Part shown: positions 41,614 through 50,676 of the stretch, in pieces
Numbering within the stretch: the stretch's first letter is position 1
Layout: each line of letters opens with the position of its first letter
NCBI GenBank assembly: GCA_035695825.1
Contig: DASRRH010000031.1
Location: 83,648 to 147,647 of the forward strand
Direction: 5' to 3'
DNA: 64,000 nucleotides
DNA from: Planctomycetota bacterium
GTDB lineage: Bacteria > Planctomycetota > UBA1135 > JAKEFM01
The notes under the pieces: generated by a model
Databases searched by the model: none
Told to the model about the DNA's origin: nothing
The model's input: the letters and a program-made list of their open reading frames with translations, nothing else
Made by a program: the position numbers and the translations under genes

Positions 41614-43020
41614 ATGACATTCCTACCGTCACGCATGCGATTCGGCTTTCTCTTCTCAGGCCTCAGCTGTGCCCTCGCGGTTGCGCACGCGCAACCGGTC
41701 GTGCGATTCGAGGTCAGGTTTTCGAAACTACTGGCCGTCTTCCATTACCTCCGGCAACTCACGCCGAAGGCAGGCCCGAATCCGTATAAGGCCCAGTTTG
41801 CGGCCTCACGGTTTGCGACCCCCGCGAATCTCGCGCTCCTCGGCTCGTTTGACTCGATCCAGACCGATTACGAATACAGCTATCCGGCGTACCCGGACGG
41901 AAAGATCGAAGGGTCGACGTCGTACATCCTCAAGCGAAACCTGATTCTCGCGTCATCGTTGGCTGACTTCCGAACGCGTTCCATCGTCGTGCTCCCGAGC
42001 GGCGACCTGAATCGCATCGTATCCGCACTGGAGGCATTCACGCCCGTCTACGACTCGCTGATCTACGAGTCGAGTCGTGCCACCTTCGAGCGACAGCTTC
42101 ATGAAATCGAGGCACTGCTCACGGAGAAGCGGGCCGCGGCGCTCTTTGACGGCATTCGCGTCTTCTATCGGGCGTCGTGGGATCCATCCATCCCGTTTCT
42201 CTTCGCGTTCTATCCGCGTCCTGCTGGGGGCGGGTTCAGCGCTACCGCGTACGGCAACGTGGCGGAGAGTGAGCTGCCGTCCGATATGAAAGACTATGCG
42301 GTGATGCTCGTGCTCATGCTGCACGAGGCCGCCCACATCCTGCTCGACGAACAGCAGCGCGACGCCGCGTGGGAGATGGAGCGGTGGTATTCCGAGAGTC
42401 AGGCCACCACCAGCCACTACGCGAAGGGGTTGATGCAGGAATCCTGGGCCACTGCTGTCGGGAACGGTTTCCTTCAAGAGCGCCTCACCGGCACGCTCAA
42501 TCCGGGTTCCTGGTATGGCCAGAAGTACATCAGTCAGATGGCGAAGCAGGTGCTGCCGCTGATGAGGCCCTACCTGGAGGCGGGCCGGCCAATGGATCGC
42601 GCGCTCGTGGACGCGTACGTGAACCTTTTCGAGCGCAACTTCCGCGGCTGGCTGTCGGAGTGGGAGTTCCTGATGACGGGTCGGGCCGTCCTCTCGGAGC
42701 GGCCGGCGGACTTCGATCTCGTCGACCGCAAGTTTCCGTACCGGAACGCACAGAAGTACCTGCGCGATTTCTCCGACGCGTCGCTTCGCGAGCTCAAGGC
42801 TAGTCGAATGTCGAAGCTCATCGTGATTTCACGCGATCACGCGGCGATGCTGGATCGCGTTCGTCAGGTATTCCCCGAGCTCGCCGGCTGGCGGCCGGAT
42901 CTCACTGCCGATTTCGCGCACGCGACCATGACCGCCGACAAGACGCGGCTCATTGTCGTGAACCTCGTGACGGGAAGCCTCGAGGCGCTGCTGAGCACGC
43001 CATTGCCGCCGTTGCCCTAG
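41614..43020 (+). CDS. Integron cassette ORF: secreted protein with an HExxH motif (family unknown)
   Basis: Track ORF 41539..43020. ATG 41614 gives the signal peptide MTFLPSRMRFGFLFSGLSCALAVAHAQP. Contains MLVLMLHEAAHILLDEQ. Lower G+C than the flanks. Confidence 0.65.
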   Translation: MTFLPSRMRFGFLFSGLSCALAVAHAQPVVRFEVRFSKLLAVFHYLRQLTPKAGPNPYKAQFAASRFATPANLALLGSFDSIQTDYEYSYPAYPDGKIEGSTSYILKRNLILASSLADFRTRSIVVLPSGDLNRIVSALEAFTPVYDSLIYESSRATFERQLHEIEALLTEKRAAALFDGIRVFYRASWDPSIPFLFAFYPRPAGGGFSATAYGNVAESELPSDMKDYAVMLVLMLHEAAHILLDEQQRDAAWEMERWYSESQATTSHYAKGLMQESWATAVGNGFLQERLTGTLNPGSWYGQKYISQMAKQVLPLMRPYLEAGRPMDRALVDAYVNLFERNFRGWLSEWEFLMTGRAVLSERPADFDLVDRKFPYRNAQKYLRDFSDASLRELKASRMSKLIVISRDHAAMLDRVRQVFPELAGWRPDLTADFAHATMTADKTRLIVVNLVTGSLEALLSTPLPPLP

Positions 43021-43056
43021 AGACCAATGCGATCGCCGAAGAAGACCAGGGGCGCT

Positions 43057-43116
43057 GGCTAACAACAGCATGCAGCGGACGGCGCTCCGCGCCGCAGCTG
43101 ATGCTGAGCGTTAGAC
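43057..43116 (+). mobile_element. attC recombination site 2 (short, ~60 bp)
   Basis: GGCTAAC at 43057-43063 is a near match to RYYYAAC. The arms CAGCATGCAGCGGACGGCGC / GCGCCGCAGCTGATGCTG leave an unpaired G in CATGCA, as in site 1. R' GTTAGAC at 43110-43116 matches GTTRRRY exactly. Confidence 0.7.
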
Positions 43117-43249
43117 CGCTCGATGACAAGGACCCGCCTCTTGCGACCGGGCCTGTTCTTCGGAGCGAGGTCGAAGGAACGTGCCACGGCGCGGCGCCGA
43201 CGCGCCCAGGTGAGCGACAGGCCCTGAGTAGGATGGTGGTGGATCGGCG

Positions 43250-43567
43250 ATGAAGGACTGGCGAGACGTTGCCGAGTTCGGAGCGCGTCCGGAGGCCGCG
43301 CCGTGCGCCGCTCGGCCGAGCGCGTACGGGCTGTTCCTGAACGATCGGGGTGAACTCGCGGTGGTTCGAACCGCCGAGGGGACGTGTCTTCCGGGTGGAG
43401 GGATCGAACGCGGTGAGACGCCGGCAGCGGCCCTCGCGCGCGAAGCGATCGAGAAGTGCGGGCTTGCCTTCCTCGCGGGCGCCTTCCTGACGCGCGCCGT
43501 GCAGTTCGTCTACTCGGAATCGGAGGGAACGCACTTCGAGAAGAGGAGCACCTTCTTCGAGGCGTGA
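43250..43567 (+). pseudogene. NUDIX hydrolase truncated by an in-frame TGA
   Basis: NUDIX box GGGIERGETPAAALAREAIEKCGL. The ORF stops at TGA 43565-43567, but the same frame continues IHGKPSAGSEPGHELLWIAPDRASGLLSHGSESWAVARWRG, which looks like the missing NUDIX C-terminus. Confidence 0.55.
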
Positions 43568-43795
43568 ATCCATGGGAAGCCCTCGGCCGGATCGGAACCG
43601 GGTCACGAACTGCTCTGGATCGCGCCCGACCGCGCCTCCGGGCTCCTCTCGCACGGGAGCGAATCGTGGGCGGTCGCGCGTTGGCGCGGCCGGATCGCCC
43701 GAGGATCGAGCGGGCGGGGCCCACTCTCCGACAAGCGCCATCGGCGGGCGGGCGGAAGTCGCCCTCGCCCCGGGGTCCCGGTCGCTCGCTCGGGA

Positions 43796-44371
43796 TTGCT
43801 CGGGAAGACCGAGGCCGGTCGCTTCGTCCGCCGCGGGCACTTCGACTACGAGTCCGGCGATCACGGGGACACCTGGCTTGCGCTCGAGCTGCTGGTGGGC
43901 GATCCCGGGCGTCTCGAGCGCGCGGGAGCGCGGCTCGCGCAGGCGCTTCGCAGCCACGGCGCGGAACTCGTCTGCGGGCCGCTCCTCGGAGGGGCGCTGG
44001 TCGGGCAGTGGGTTGCCCGCGCGCTCGGAGTCCGCTTCGTCTACGCCGAGCATGAGTCGAGGGATCTTCGGGGGAGGCGCTACGCGATTCCCCGGGAGCT
44101 TCGCCCGGCGGTCGTCGGAAAGCGGGCGATCGTCGTCGACGACGCGATCAACGCCGGCTCGGCCGTCCTCGCCTGTCTTCGCGAGATCGAGTCGCTCGGC
44201 GGGCAGGGGGTCGCCGTGGCGAGCCTGATCGTCCGCGAGGGGGCGGGGAAGCGGATGGGGAAGAGTCTCGGGATTCCCGTGGAGGCGCTTCACCGAATGC
44301 GCTGGAGGATCTGGCCTCCGGGCGACTGTCCCCTCTGCAAGTCCGGAGTCGAATTGACTCTCGCTCCGTAG
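43796..44371 (+). CDS. Type I phosphoribosyltransferase (PyrE-like fold)
   Basis: 191 aa. PRPP-binding loop GKRAIVVDDAINAGSAV. The start is uncertain because the frame is open back to 43568. Confidence 0.65.
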   Translation: MLGKTEAGRFVRRGHFDYESGDHGDTWLALELLVGDPGRLERAGARLAQALRSHGAELVCGPLLGGALVGQWVARALGVRFVYAEHESRDLRGRRYAIPRELRPAVVGKRAIVVDDAINAGSAVLACLREIESLGGQGVAVASLIVREGAGKRMGKSLGIPVEALHRMRWRIWPPGDCPLCKSGVELTLAP

Positions 44372-44376
44372 CCGCC

Positions 44377-44886
44377 ATGGACCCCGGAAACCGCGCTTCG
44401 ATCGTGTTGATCCTGGAGGACGTCCTGTTCACGGCCCTCGTGCCGGGGACGGTCGCGCTCTTCGTCCCGTACCGGATCCTCGCTTCCTCCGGGAAACTGC
44501 GTCTCGGCGAGGGAGGAGTGCTCCGATTCCTGGGATTCGTTCCCATCCTCGTCGGTTGCGCGGTCTATCTCTGGAGCATCGTCGCCTTCGCCCGCACGGG
44601 GGGCGGCACGCCCGCGCCCATCGATCCCCCGAAGACGCTCGTCGTCCGCGGACCCTATCGGTACACCCGCAACCCGATGTACCTCGCCGTCCTCCTCGTG
44701 ATCCTCGGCGAATCGCTGCTGTTCGCCTCCGGTCGGCTCCTGGCGTACGCCGCGCTGCTTCTGGCCGTCTTCTACTCGTTCGTCCTCCTGTACGAGGAAC
44801 CCACTCTCCGCCGTCGGTTCGGCATGTCCTGCGCTTCCTACTGCGCGAGGGTGCCCCGCTGGCTATTCGTGAGGAAGGCTGGATGA
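44377..44886 (+). CDS. Isoprenylcysteine carboxyl / phospholipid methyltransferase-family membrane protein
   Basis: 169 aa, four to five TM helices, motif LVVRGPYRYTRNPMYLAVLLV. Confidence 0.75.
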   Translation: MDPGNRASIVLILEDVLFTALVPGTVALFVPYRILASSGKLRLGEGGVLRFLGFVPILVGCAVYLWSIVAFARTGGGTPAPIDPPKTLVVRGPYRYTRNPMYLAVLLVILGESLLFASGRLLAYAALLLAVFYSFVLLYEEPTLRRRFGMSCASYCARVPRWLFVRKAG

Positions 44887-44914
44887 GAGGTGCGAGCGGG
44901 GTCCCCGTCGGGGT

Positions 44915-46165
44915 CTACGCCGGGAATCGAGGCTCGGGAGGGGGATCGGGTCCCAGGAGTTCGGACCCCTCCCCCGTGGCCGCGAGGATGTCCTCGATCC
45001 GGATCCCGAACTCGCCCGGGACGTAGATCCCCGGCTCGTCGGAGAAGGCCATCCCCGCCGCGATCGGCGTCGCGTTGCCGCGGACGAGGTAGGGCTCCTC
45101 GTGCCCCTCCATCCCTATCCCGTGGCCGAGCCGGTGCGTGAAGGCGGCGTAGCCCGTGCCGAATCCGCTCGCGTCGATCACGGCTCGCGCCATGGCGTCG
45201 ATGTCGCCGCAGGGACGGCCCGGCCGGACGCCCGCTCGGGCGGCCGCCTGCGCGCGGAAGACCGCGTCGTAGGCGCGGAGGACGCGGTCGGAGGGGCGGC
45301 CGAGGGCCCAGGTCCGCGAGACGTCGGACTGGTAGCCCTGGAGCGAGCCCCCCGTGTCGATCAGGACGACGTCTCCCTGCTGGAGCCGGCGGGCCTGGCT
45401 CGTCCCGTGGGGGAAGGAGGCGTTCGGGCCGAAGAGGACGAGGGCCCAGGGCGAGGTCATCCCCGCCGCGCGGTGCGCCTCGCCCATCGCGGTGGAGATC
45501 TCCGCCTCGGTCGCTCCCTCGGTCGCGAGCGGCGCGACGGCGGCGATGCAGCGCTTCGTGATCTCGCTCGCGCGGCGGAGCAAGGCGAGCTCCTTCTCGC
45601 TCTTCACCATCCGGCAGCGGCGGACCGCCTCGGCGCCGAGGGAGACCTGGGTCGGGGAGAGGGACTCCCGGAGGCCCGCGGCGACGAAGGTGCGGACCGT
45701 CGGCTCGATTCCGACGGGGCCGCGGGCGCGGGCCGCGTCGGCGGCGATCCCGAAAGGGGACTCGTCCTCCTGCCAGATGCGGAGGTCCTGGTTCGCCGGG
45801 ATCCGCTCGCGGGCGGTCCGCTCCTCGAACGCGGGGCAGACCCAGACCGGGTCGCCGGTCTCGAAGAGGAGGAGGAGGAAGGAGCGCTCGCTGCGGCCCC
45901 ATTCGACGCCCGAGAAGTACTTCATCGTCGGCCCGGGCTCGATCGCGAGGGCGGCGAGGCCCGTCTCGCGCATCGCACGCCGCGCGCGCTCGCGGCGCTC
46001 GGCGAAGTCGCTCGGGCCGGGAGCTTCGAGGCCGTCGGCGAGCCCCGCGAGGCGGCCGAAGCGCGAGGTTCGGGTCGCGGAAGGAGCCTGAAGCGGCGCG
46101 GAACAGGAGGGGAGGGAGGCCCCGAGGGCGACCGTGCCGGTCCGCAGGAACTCGCGCCGGTCCAT
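44915..46165 (-). CDS. M24-family Xaa-Pro peptidase with a Tat-like signal
   Basis: 416 aa. MDRREFLRTGTVALGASL. Metal-ligand contexts VLIDTGGSLQGYQSDVSRT, HRLGHGIGMEGHEEP, SDEPGIY and GIRIEDI. Confidence 0.85.
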   Translation of the reverse strand: MDRREFLRTGTVALGASLPSCSAPLQAPSATRTSRFGRLAGLADGLEAPGPSDFAERRERARRAMRETGLAALAIEPGPTMKYFSGVEWGRSERSFLLLLFETGDPVWVCPAFEERTARERIPANQDLRIWQEDESPFGIAADAARARGPVGIEPTVRTFVAAGLRESLSPTQVSLGAEAVRRCRMVKSEKELALLRRASEITKRCIAAVAPLATEGATEAEISTAMGEAHRAAGMTSPWALVLFGPNASFPHGTSQARRLQQGDVVLIDTGGSLQGYQSDVSRTWALGRPSDRVLRAYDAVFRAQAAARAGVRPGRPCGDIDAMARAVIDASGFGTGYAAFTHRLGHGIGMEGHEEPYLVRGNATPIAAGMAFSDEPGIYVPGEFGIRIEDILAATGEGSELLGPDPPPEPRFPA

Positions 46166-46170
46166 CCGGC

Positions 46171-47754
46171 CTACCTCGAGGAGCGCTTCCCGCCCGTCTC
46201 GAGGCGCCGGAGGTTGTTCTCCGCGTCGGTCTTCGCCGTCCGCGCCTCGCTCTTCGCCTGCTCGGAGGCGTCACGGTTCTTGAGGATGCGCTCGGCGCAC
46301 TCGATCGCCTTCTTGTAGAGGCGCTTCGCCTCCTCGAGGTCGCGGCGGAGGTTGTAGTCGAGGATGATCGCCGCGGCGTTCAGGAGCTGCGGGTCGTCCG
46401 GCCGGATCTCGAGCGCTTTTCGGTACCAGGCGTAGGCGTCCTCGCTCTTCCCGGAGTTGCGGGCGAAGAAGGCGGCGTTGTTCCAGTGGTCCGCGTCGTC
46501 GGGGGCGAGCTCCGCGAGCCCCCGGAAGAGGTCGCGCGCCGCGTCTTCCCGCCCCTCGCGCGCCGCCTGGTCGGCGAGGAAGCGGACGATGTCGTGGTCG
46601 GCGGCCGCCTGGGTCGACTGGCGAACGGTCGCCGCGAAGCCCTCGTAACCGGCCCGGGAGAGGGCGGCGAAGGAGGCCTCGGCCGCGTCGAAGTCCTTCT
46701 GCATGTAGGCCGCCTTCGCGAGGTAGTAGTGGGCGTTCGTGAGGGCGGGATTCTTCGCGAGGGCCTTCCCGAAGGAGGCCCGCGAAGCCTTCCAGTCCTC
46801 GGCCTTGTAGGCGTAGAAGCCGGCGTACCACCAGAGGGACGCCGAGGCGGTGGCCTTGTCCGGGTGCGCGGCGTCCCACTTCGCAGCGCAGGTCTCGAAG
46901 AGCCTGCGCGCGAGCGGGTCGGGGAGGCGCGAGGCGAGGAGCGAGAGGTCGACGCTCGTCGGGTCGCGGGCGAGCGCCGCCCCGTAGGCCGAGGCCGCCT
47001 CCTCCGGCTTCTCCCGCCAGAGGTGGAGGTCGCCGAGGCTCCTCGCGGCGCGGGCGTCGGCGGGGTCGGCGCGCATCGCCTCCTCGTAGGCGGAGCGCGC
47101 GGCCTGGAGGGCCTTCTCGCGCTCCTTCTCCGTCCCGTCCCCGCGCTGCTTCATGTCGATGAAGCGGAAGAACGCGGCGTCCCCGCGCAGGCGCGCGAGG
47201 CCGGGGAGCTTCGGGTCGGCCTCCCGCGCGCGCGCGAGCGCGGCGTCCGCCCCGTCGAAGTCCCCGAGGGAGAGCCGCGCGCGGGCGAGGAGGGCCGCCG
47301 CCTCCGCCCTCTCCGGCTCCTTCTCGAGGAGGCCCGAGAGGTGGCGCGTCGCCTCCTCGAAGCAGTCGCGACGCGCCGCGTCCTCGAAGGGGAGGGGGCG
47401 CGCGCCGGCCGGGCGCTCGGCGACCATCTTCTCCCCCTTCGCGAAGAAGGCGCGCGCGAAGAGGAAGGAGACCTCGGGCGAGTCGGGGGAGTCCTTCTCG
47501 GCCCGGTCGAGCTCGTCGAGGGCGTCGTTCGATCGCTCCGAGGCGAGGAGGGCGCGGGCGCGCCCGAGACGCGAGGGGAGCGAGCCGTCCGCCGCGAGGG
47601 CCGCCTCGAAAGCGTGGAGCGCGCCCGCGGCGTCGCCCCGGGCGAGGGCCCTCTCCCCCTCCGCGCGGAGCGCTTGAGGGTCGGGGCGCGAATCCTGGGG
47701 CGCCGAAGCGAGGAGGAAGGGGAAAAGCGAGAGGAGGCGAAGCGTCCGGTTCAT
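46171..47754 (-). CDS. Secreted TPR-repeat protein
   Basis: The C-terminal 527 aa of track ORF 46171..49413. ATG 47754 overlaps the upstream stop (ATGA). Signal MNRTLRLLSLFPFLLASAPQ, then many A..A...Y..AL..DP-type repeats. Confidence 0.75.
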   Translation of the reverse strand: MNRTLRLLSLFPFLLASAPQDSRPDPQALRAEGERALARGDAAGALHAFEAALAADGSLPSRLGRARALLASERSNDALDELDRAEKDSPDSPEVSFLFARAFFAKGEKMVAERPAGARPLPFEDAARRDCFEEATRHLSGLLEKEPERAEAAALLARARLSLGDFDGADAALARAREADPKLPGLARLRGDAAFFRFIDMKQRGDGTEKEREKALQAARSAYEEAMRADPADARAARSLGDLHLWREKPEEAASAYGAALARDPTSVDLSLLASRLPDPLARRLFETCAAKWDAAHPDKATASASLWWYAGFYAYKAEDWKASRASFGKALAKNPALTNAHYYLAKAAYMQKDFDAAEASFAALSRAGYEGFAATVRQSTQAAADHDIVRFLADQAAREGREDAARDLFRGLAELAPDDADHWNNAAFFARNSGKSEDAYAWYRKALEIRPDDPQLLNAAAIILDYNLRRDLEEAKRLYKKAIECAERILKNRDASEQAKSEARTAKTDAENNLRRLETGGKRSSR

Positions 47755-49475
47755 CGGGGGGGGGGCTCGGAGGCGGACTCGGCGGTCGCGGCGCCCCCCT
47801 CGATCTTGCTCAGGTACCAGCGGACGCGCGGCCGCGGCCGCAGCGCGTGGAGGAGGCTCTTCTCGAAGAACGCCCGCGCTCCCTGCGGGTCCCGTCGCCG
47901 GTCGTGGTAGAGGACCCCCAGGTCCTCGCAGGCGTCCCCGAGCGACTCGGAGAGGGCGTCGCGCCGCGCGTCGGGGAGGGAGGAGTCGGCGAGGGCGCGC
48001 TCCGAGGCGTCGCAGGCCCTGCGGAGCATCTCCTCGGCGCGGTCGAGGTCGCGCCCGAGGTGGTGGAGGAGGACGGCCGCGCACTCGACGAGGAGCCGCG
48101 GGTCCTCCGGGGAGGACTCGAGGGCCTTCGCATAGGCGGCGAACGACTCCTCGTAGAGGGCGCGCGCCCGCTCCGCCTCGCGGGAGGTCTCGGCGATCGT
48201 CCCCGTCTCCCGGCAGAGCCGGCCGAGGCGCGCGTGCCACTCGGGCGGGCCCGGGGCGATCGCGAGGGCCTTCTCGAGGAGGTCGCGCGCCGCCGCGAGC
48301 TCGTTCCCCTCTTTCCAGGCGTCGACGATTCCCTCGATCCCCTCGCGGGGCGTCTTCCCGAAAGCGTCGGGGAGCGCGAGGAGGGAGGGGGAGCGACGGA
48401 GCGCGTCGAGGAAGAGGCGCGCGGCGCCGGGGAGGTCGCCCGATCCGATCCGGCACCAGGCGCGCGAGGCGACGCACGACGCTCCGGCGACCTGCACAGC
48501 CGAATTCCGGCCGGGATCCAGGGAGGCGGATCTCTCGAAGGCCCCCATCGCGGCCGCGTACTTCGCGAGGGCCTCGCTCCAAGACTGCGCGCGGCGCCTG
48601 CCGTCGGCGTCCGTCCGGCGCGCGACGCCGAGGTACCACTGCGTCGCCGGGCTGTCGGGGCGCGCCGAGGCGAGCGAGTCGTAGACCTCGAGGAGGGAGG
48701 GATTCTCCAGGGGGCCGCCCGCGGCCCACGCGGCCTGGAGCTTCTCGTGGAGGGAGGAGGCTTCGGGGCAGGTCTCGACGCCGCGGCGCAAGCGCGTACG
48801 GCAGCCGTCGACGTCCCCGGAGGCCGCCGCGAAGTCGGCGGCGAGCTCGAAGGGCTCGGGGCGCAGCGGCTCGAGGCGGGAAGAGCGCTCGATCGCGGCC
48901 GCCGCCCGCCGGCGAAGGGCCCCTGCGTCCGCGCTCCCGGCCGGGGGGCTCGCGGCGGAGCCGAGCCGTCGCAGCGTCGCCCGCGCGAGAAGGAGGTTCG
49001 CCTCGAACTCTTCCCCGGGGGCCCCGCGCGCCTCCGCGAGGGCGCGCGCCTCGATCGCGCGTTGCGAGGCGTCCTCGACCTCTCCCCCTCGGAGGGCGAG
49101 GCGCGCGGCCCCGAGCCGGGGGAGCGGATCGGCGGGAAGGAGGCGGAGAGCCTCGAGGTAGGCCTCGATCCCCTTTCTCGCGAGGTCCCCCCCCGAATCC
49201 GTTCCGGAACCGGAACGCGACTCGAGGAGCCCCTCGTAGGCGCGCCCCAGTCCGAGACGCGCCTCGCCGCTCGCGGGGTCGGAGGCGAGGGCCCGCTCGA
49301 AGCAGGCCACGGCGGCCTCGGGGCGGCCGCTGGCGAGGAAGGTCCACCCCTCGCGGACGAGGGGGGGAGGACCCGGCTCCTTGGGGTCGGACCCGTCCGC
49401 GAGGGAGGCGCAAGCGGGGAGGAGGAACGCCGCTCCCAAATGGAGGCAGGAGCCGCTTCGCAGAATCCGGACCAT
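47751..49475 (-). CDS. TPR-repeat lipoprotein
   Basis: 574 aa. Lipobox-like AAFLLPACAS, with TPR-like repeats throughout. Confidence 0.7.
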   Translation of the reverse strand: MVRILRSGSCLHLGAAFLLPACASLADGSDPKEPGPPPLVREGWTFLASGRPEAAVACFERALASDPASGEARLGLGRAYEGLLESRSGSGTDSGGDLARKGIEAYLEALRLLPADPLPRLGAARLALRGGEVEDASQRAIEARALAEARGAPGEEFEANLLLARATLRRLGSAASPPAGSADAGALRRRAAAAIERSSRLEPLRPEPFELAADFAAASGDVDGCRTRLRRGVETCPEASSLHEKLQAAWAAGGPLENPSLLEVYDSLASARPDSPATQWYLGVARRTDADGRRRAQSWSEALAKYAAAMGAFERSASLDPGRNSAVQVAGASCVASRAWCRIGSGDLPGAARLFLDALRRSPSLLALPDAFGKTPREGIEGIVDAWKEGNELAAARDLLEKALAIAPGPPEWHARLGRLCRETGTIAETSREAERARALYEESFAAYAKALESSPEDPRLLVECAAVLLHHLGRDLDRAEEMLRRACDASERALADSSLPDARRDALSESLGDACEDLGVLYHDRRRDPQGARAFFEKSLLHALRPRPRVRWYLSKIEGGAATAESASEPPPR

Positions 49476-49572
49476 GGCCGCGCCGGGGTCATTCTAGGAC
49501 TGCAACCGGCGGGCCGCGAACGCGGGGGAGCGATTTGACAGGGCCCCGCGCCCGCCCCGAGATTGTGCCGCG

Positions 49573-50676
49573 ATGGTCCTCGAGGTCTCCCGCAGCGATG
49601 GGGCCGCCCGCGTCCGCGTCGCCGGGGCGCTCGATCGCACGGTCCGCGAACGCGTCCGCCCCCTCGTCGCGAGCCTCCTCGAGGAGGGGGCGCGGGAGGT
49701 CCGGATCGACCTCGGGGAGCTCGAGCGATTCGATTCCGTGGCGCTCGTCGACCTCCTCGAGGCGATCCGGGCCGGACGCGACCGAGGCGTGCCGGTCCGG
49801 CTCGTGCGCGTCCCCCGGGCCCTCTCGGAGACCCTCTCCCTCGTCCCCGCCGAGGCGTGGCTCCGCGCCCCGCCCCCTCCGCCCCCGAGGTCGCCTCTCG
49901 AGCGGCTCGGCGATGCGGCGACCCCGCTCCTCGAACTGCTCCGGAGGGACTTCCTCCTCCTCGTCGAGGTCTTCGACTCCGCCGTCGTCGGCCCCTTCCG
50001 CGGGGAGCGCCCGAGGGGGGACCGCTTCGTCCGGGAGGTCTCCTCCGTCGGCGTCGACGCCCTCCCGATCGTCGTCGTGATCTCCCTCCTCCTCGGCGTG
50101 ATCCTCGCGATGCAGGCGGCCGCGCAACTGCGGCAGTTCGGCGCGTCGATCTACGTCGCGAACCTCGTCGCCGTCTCCCTCACACGGGAGATCGGCCCCC
50201 TCCTCACCGCGATCCTCGTCGCGGGGCGGTCGGGGTCGGCGAGCGCGGCGGAGCTCGGGACGATGGTCGTCTCGGAGGAGATCGACGCGCTGCGACAGAT
50301 CGGGCTGCACCCCGTCCGGTTCCTCGTCGTGCCGAAGGTCCTCGGCCTGGCGCTCGCCGTTCCCTGCCTCACCCTCTTCGCGGACGCGGTCGGGATCCTC
50401 GGCGGGACGGCCTTCGCCGCCGCCTCCCTCGAGCTCCCGGCAAGCCTCTACCTCGAGCAGACGCGCCTCGCCCTCGTCGCGAGCGACATCACCTCGGGGC
50501 TCGTGAAGGGCGCCGTCTTCGGGACCCTGACCGGGACGATCGCCTGCGGGGAGGGGCTGGGCGTGAGCGGCGGCCCCGACGGGGTGGGCCGGGCGACCAC
50601 GCGGTCGGTCGTCGTCTCCATCTTCGCGATCATCCTGGCGGACGCCTTCTTCACGGCGCTCTTCCACGGGCGATGA
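49573..50676 (+). CDS. mlaE: MlaE-type ABC permease with a fused N-terminal STAS domain
   Basis: 367 aa. N-terminal about 100 aa: RVAGALDRTVRERVRPLVASLLEEGAREVRIDLGELERFDSVALVDLLEA (STAS-like). Then MlaE-like TM core: LRQFGASIYVANLVAVSLTREIGPLLTAILVAGRSGSASAAELGTMVVSEEIDAL. Confidence 0.8.
   Translation: MVLEVSRSDGAARVRVAGALDRTVRERVRPLVASLLEEGAREVRIDLGELERFDSVALVDLLEAIRAGRDRGVPVRLVRVPRALSETLSLVPAEAWLRAPPPPPPRSPLERLGDAATPLLELLRRDFLLLVEVFDSAVVGPFRGERPRGDRFVREVSSVGVDALPIVVVISLLLGVILAMQAAAQLRQFGASIYVANLVAVSLTREIGPLLTAILVAGRSGSASAAELGTMVVSEEIDALRQIGLHPVRFLVVPKVLGLALAVPCLTLFADAVGILGGTAFAAASLELPASLYLEQTRLALVASDITSGLVKGAVFGTLTGTIACGEGLGVSGGPDGVGRATTRSVVVSIFAIILADAFFTALFHGR

Noticed and set aside
43565-43567. 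Selenocysteine or other stop-codon recoding at the TGA in NUDIX and the TAG in the DUF4258-like gene (38193).
   Set aside because: Two different stop codons are involved, no SECIS-like hairpin is evident just downstream, both sit in a decaying island beside a frameshifted intI, and TGA and TAG terminate many well-supported ORFs elsewhere in the window. Nonsense mutation or sequencing error is the simpler explanation.
46171-49413. N-terminal ~550 aa of the 1080-aa minus ORF.
   Set aside because: That part is Arg/Pro-rich and out of frame with the well-formed TPR lipoprotein gene 47751..49475. The real gene starts at ATG 47754.
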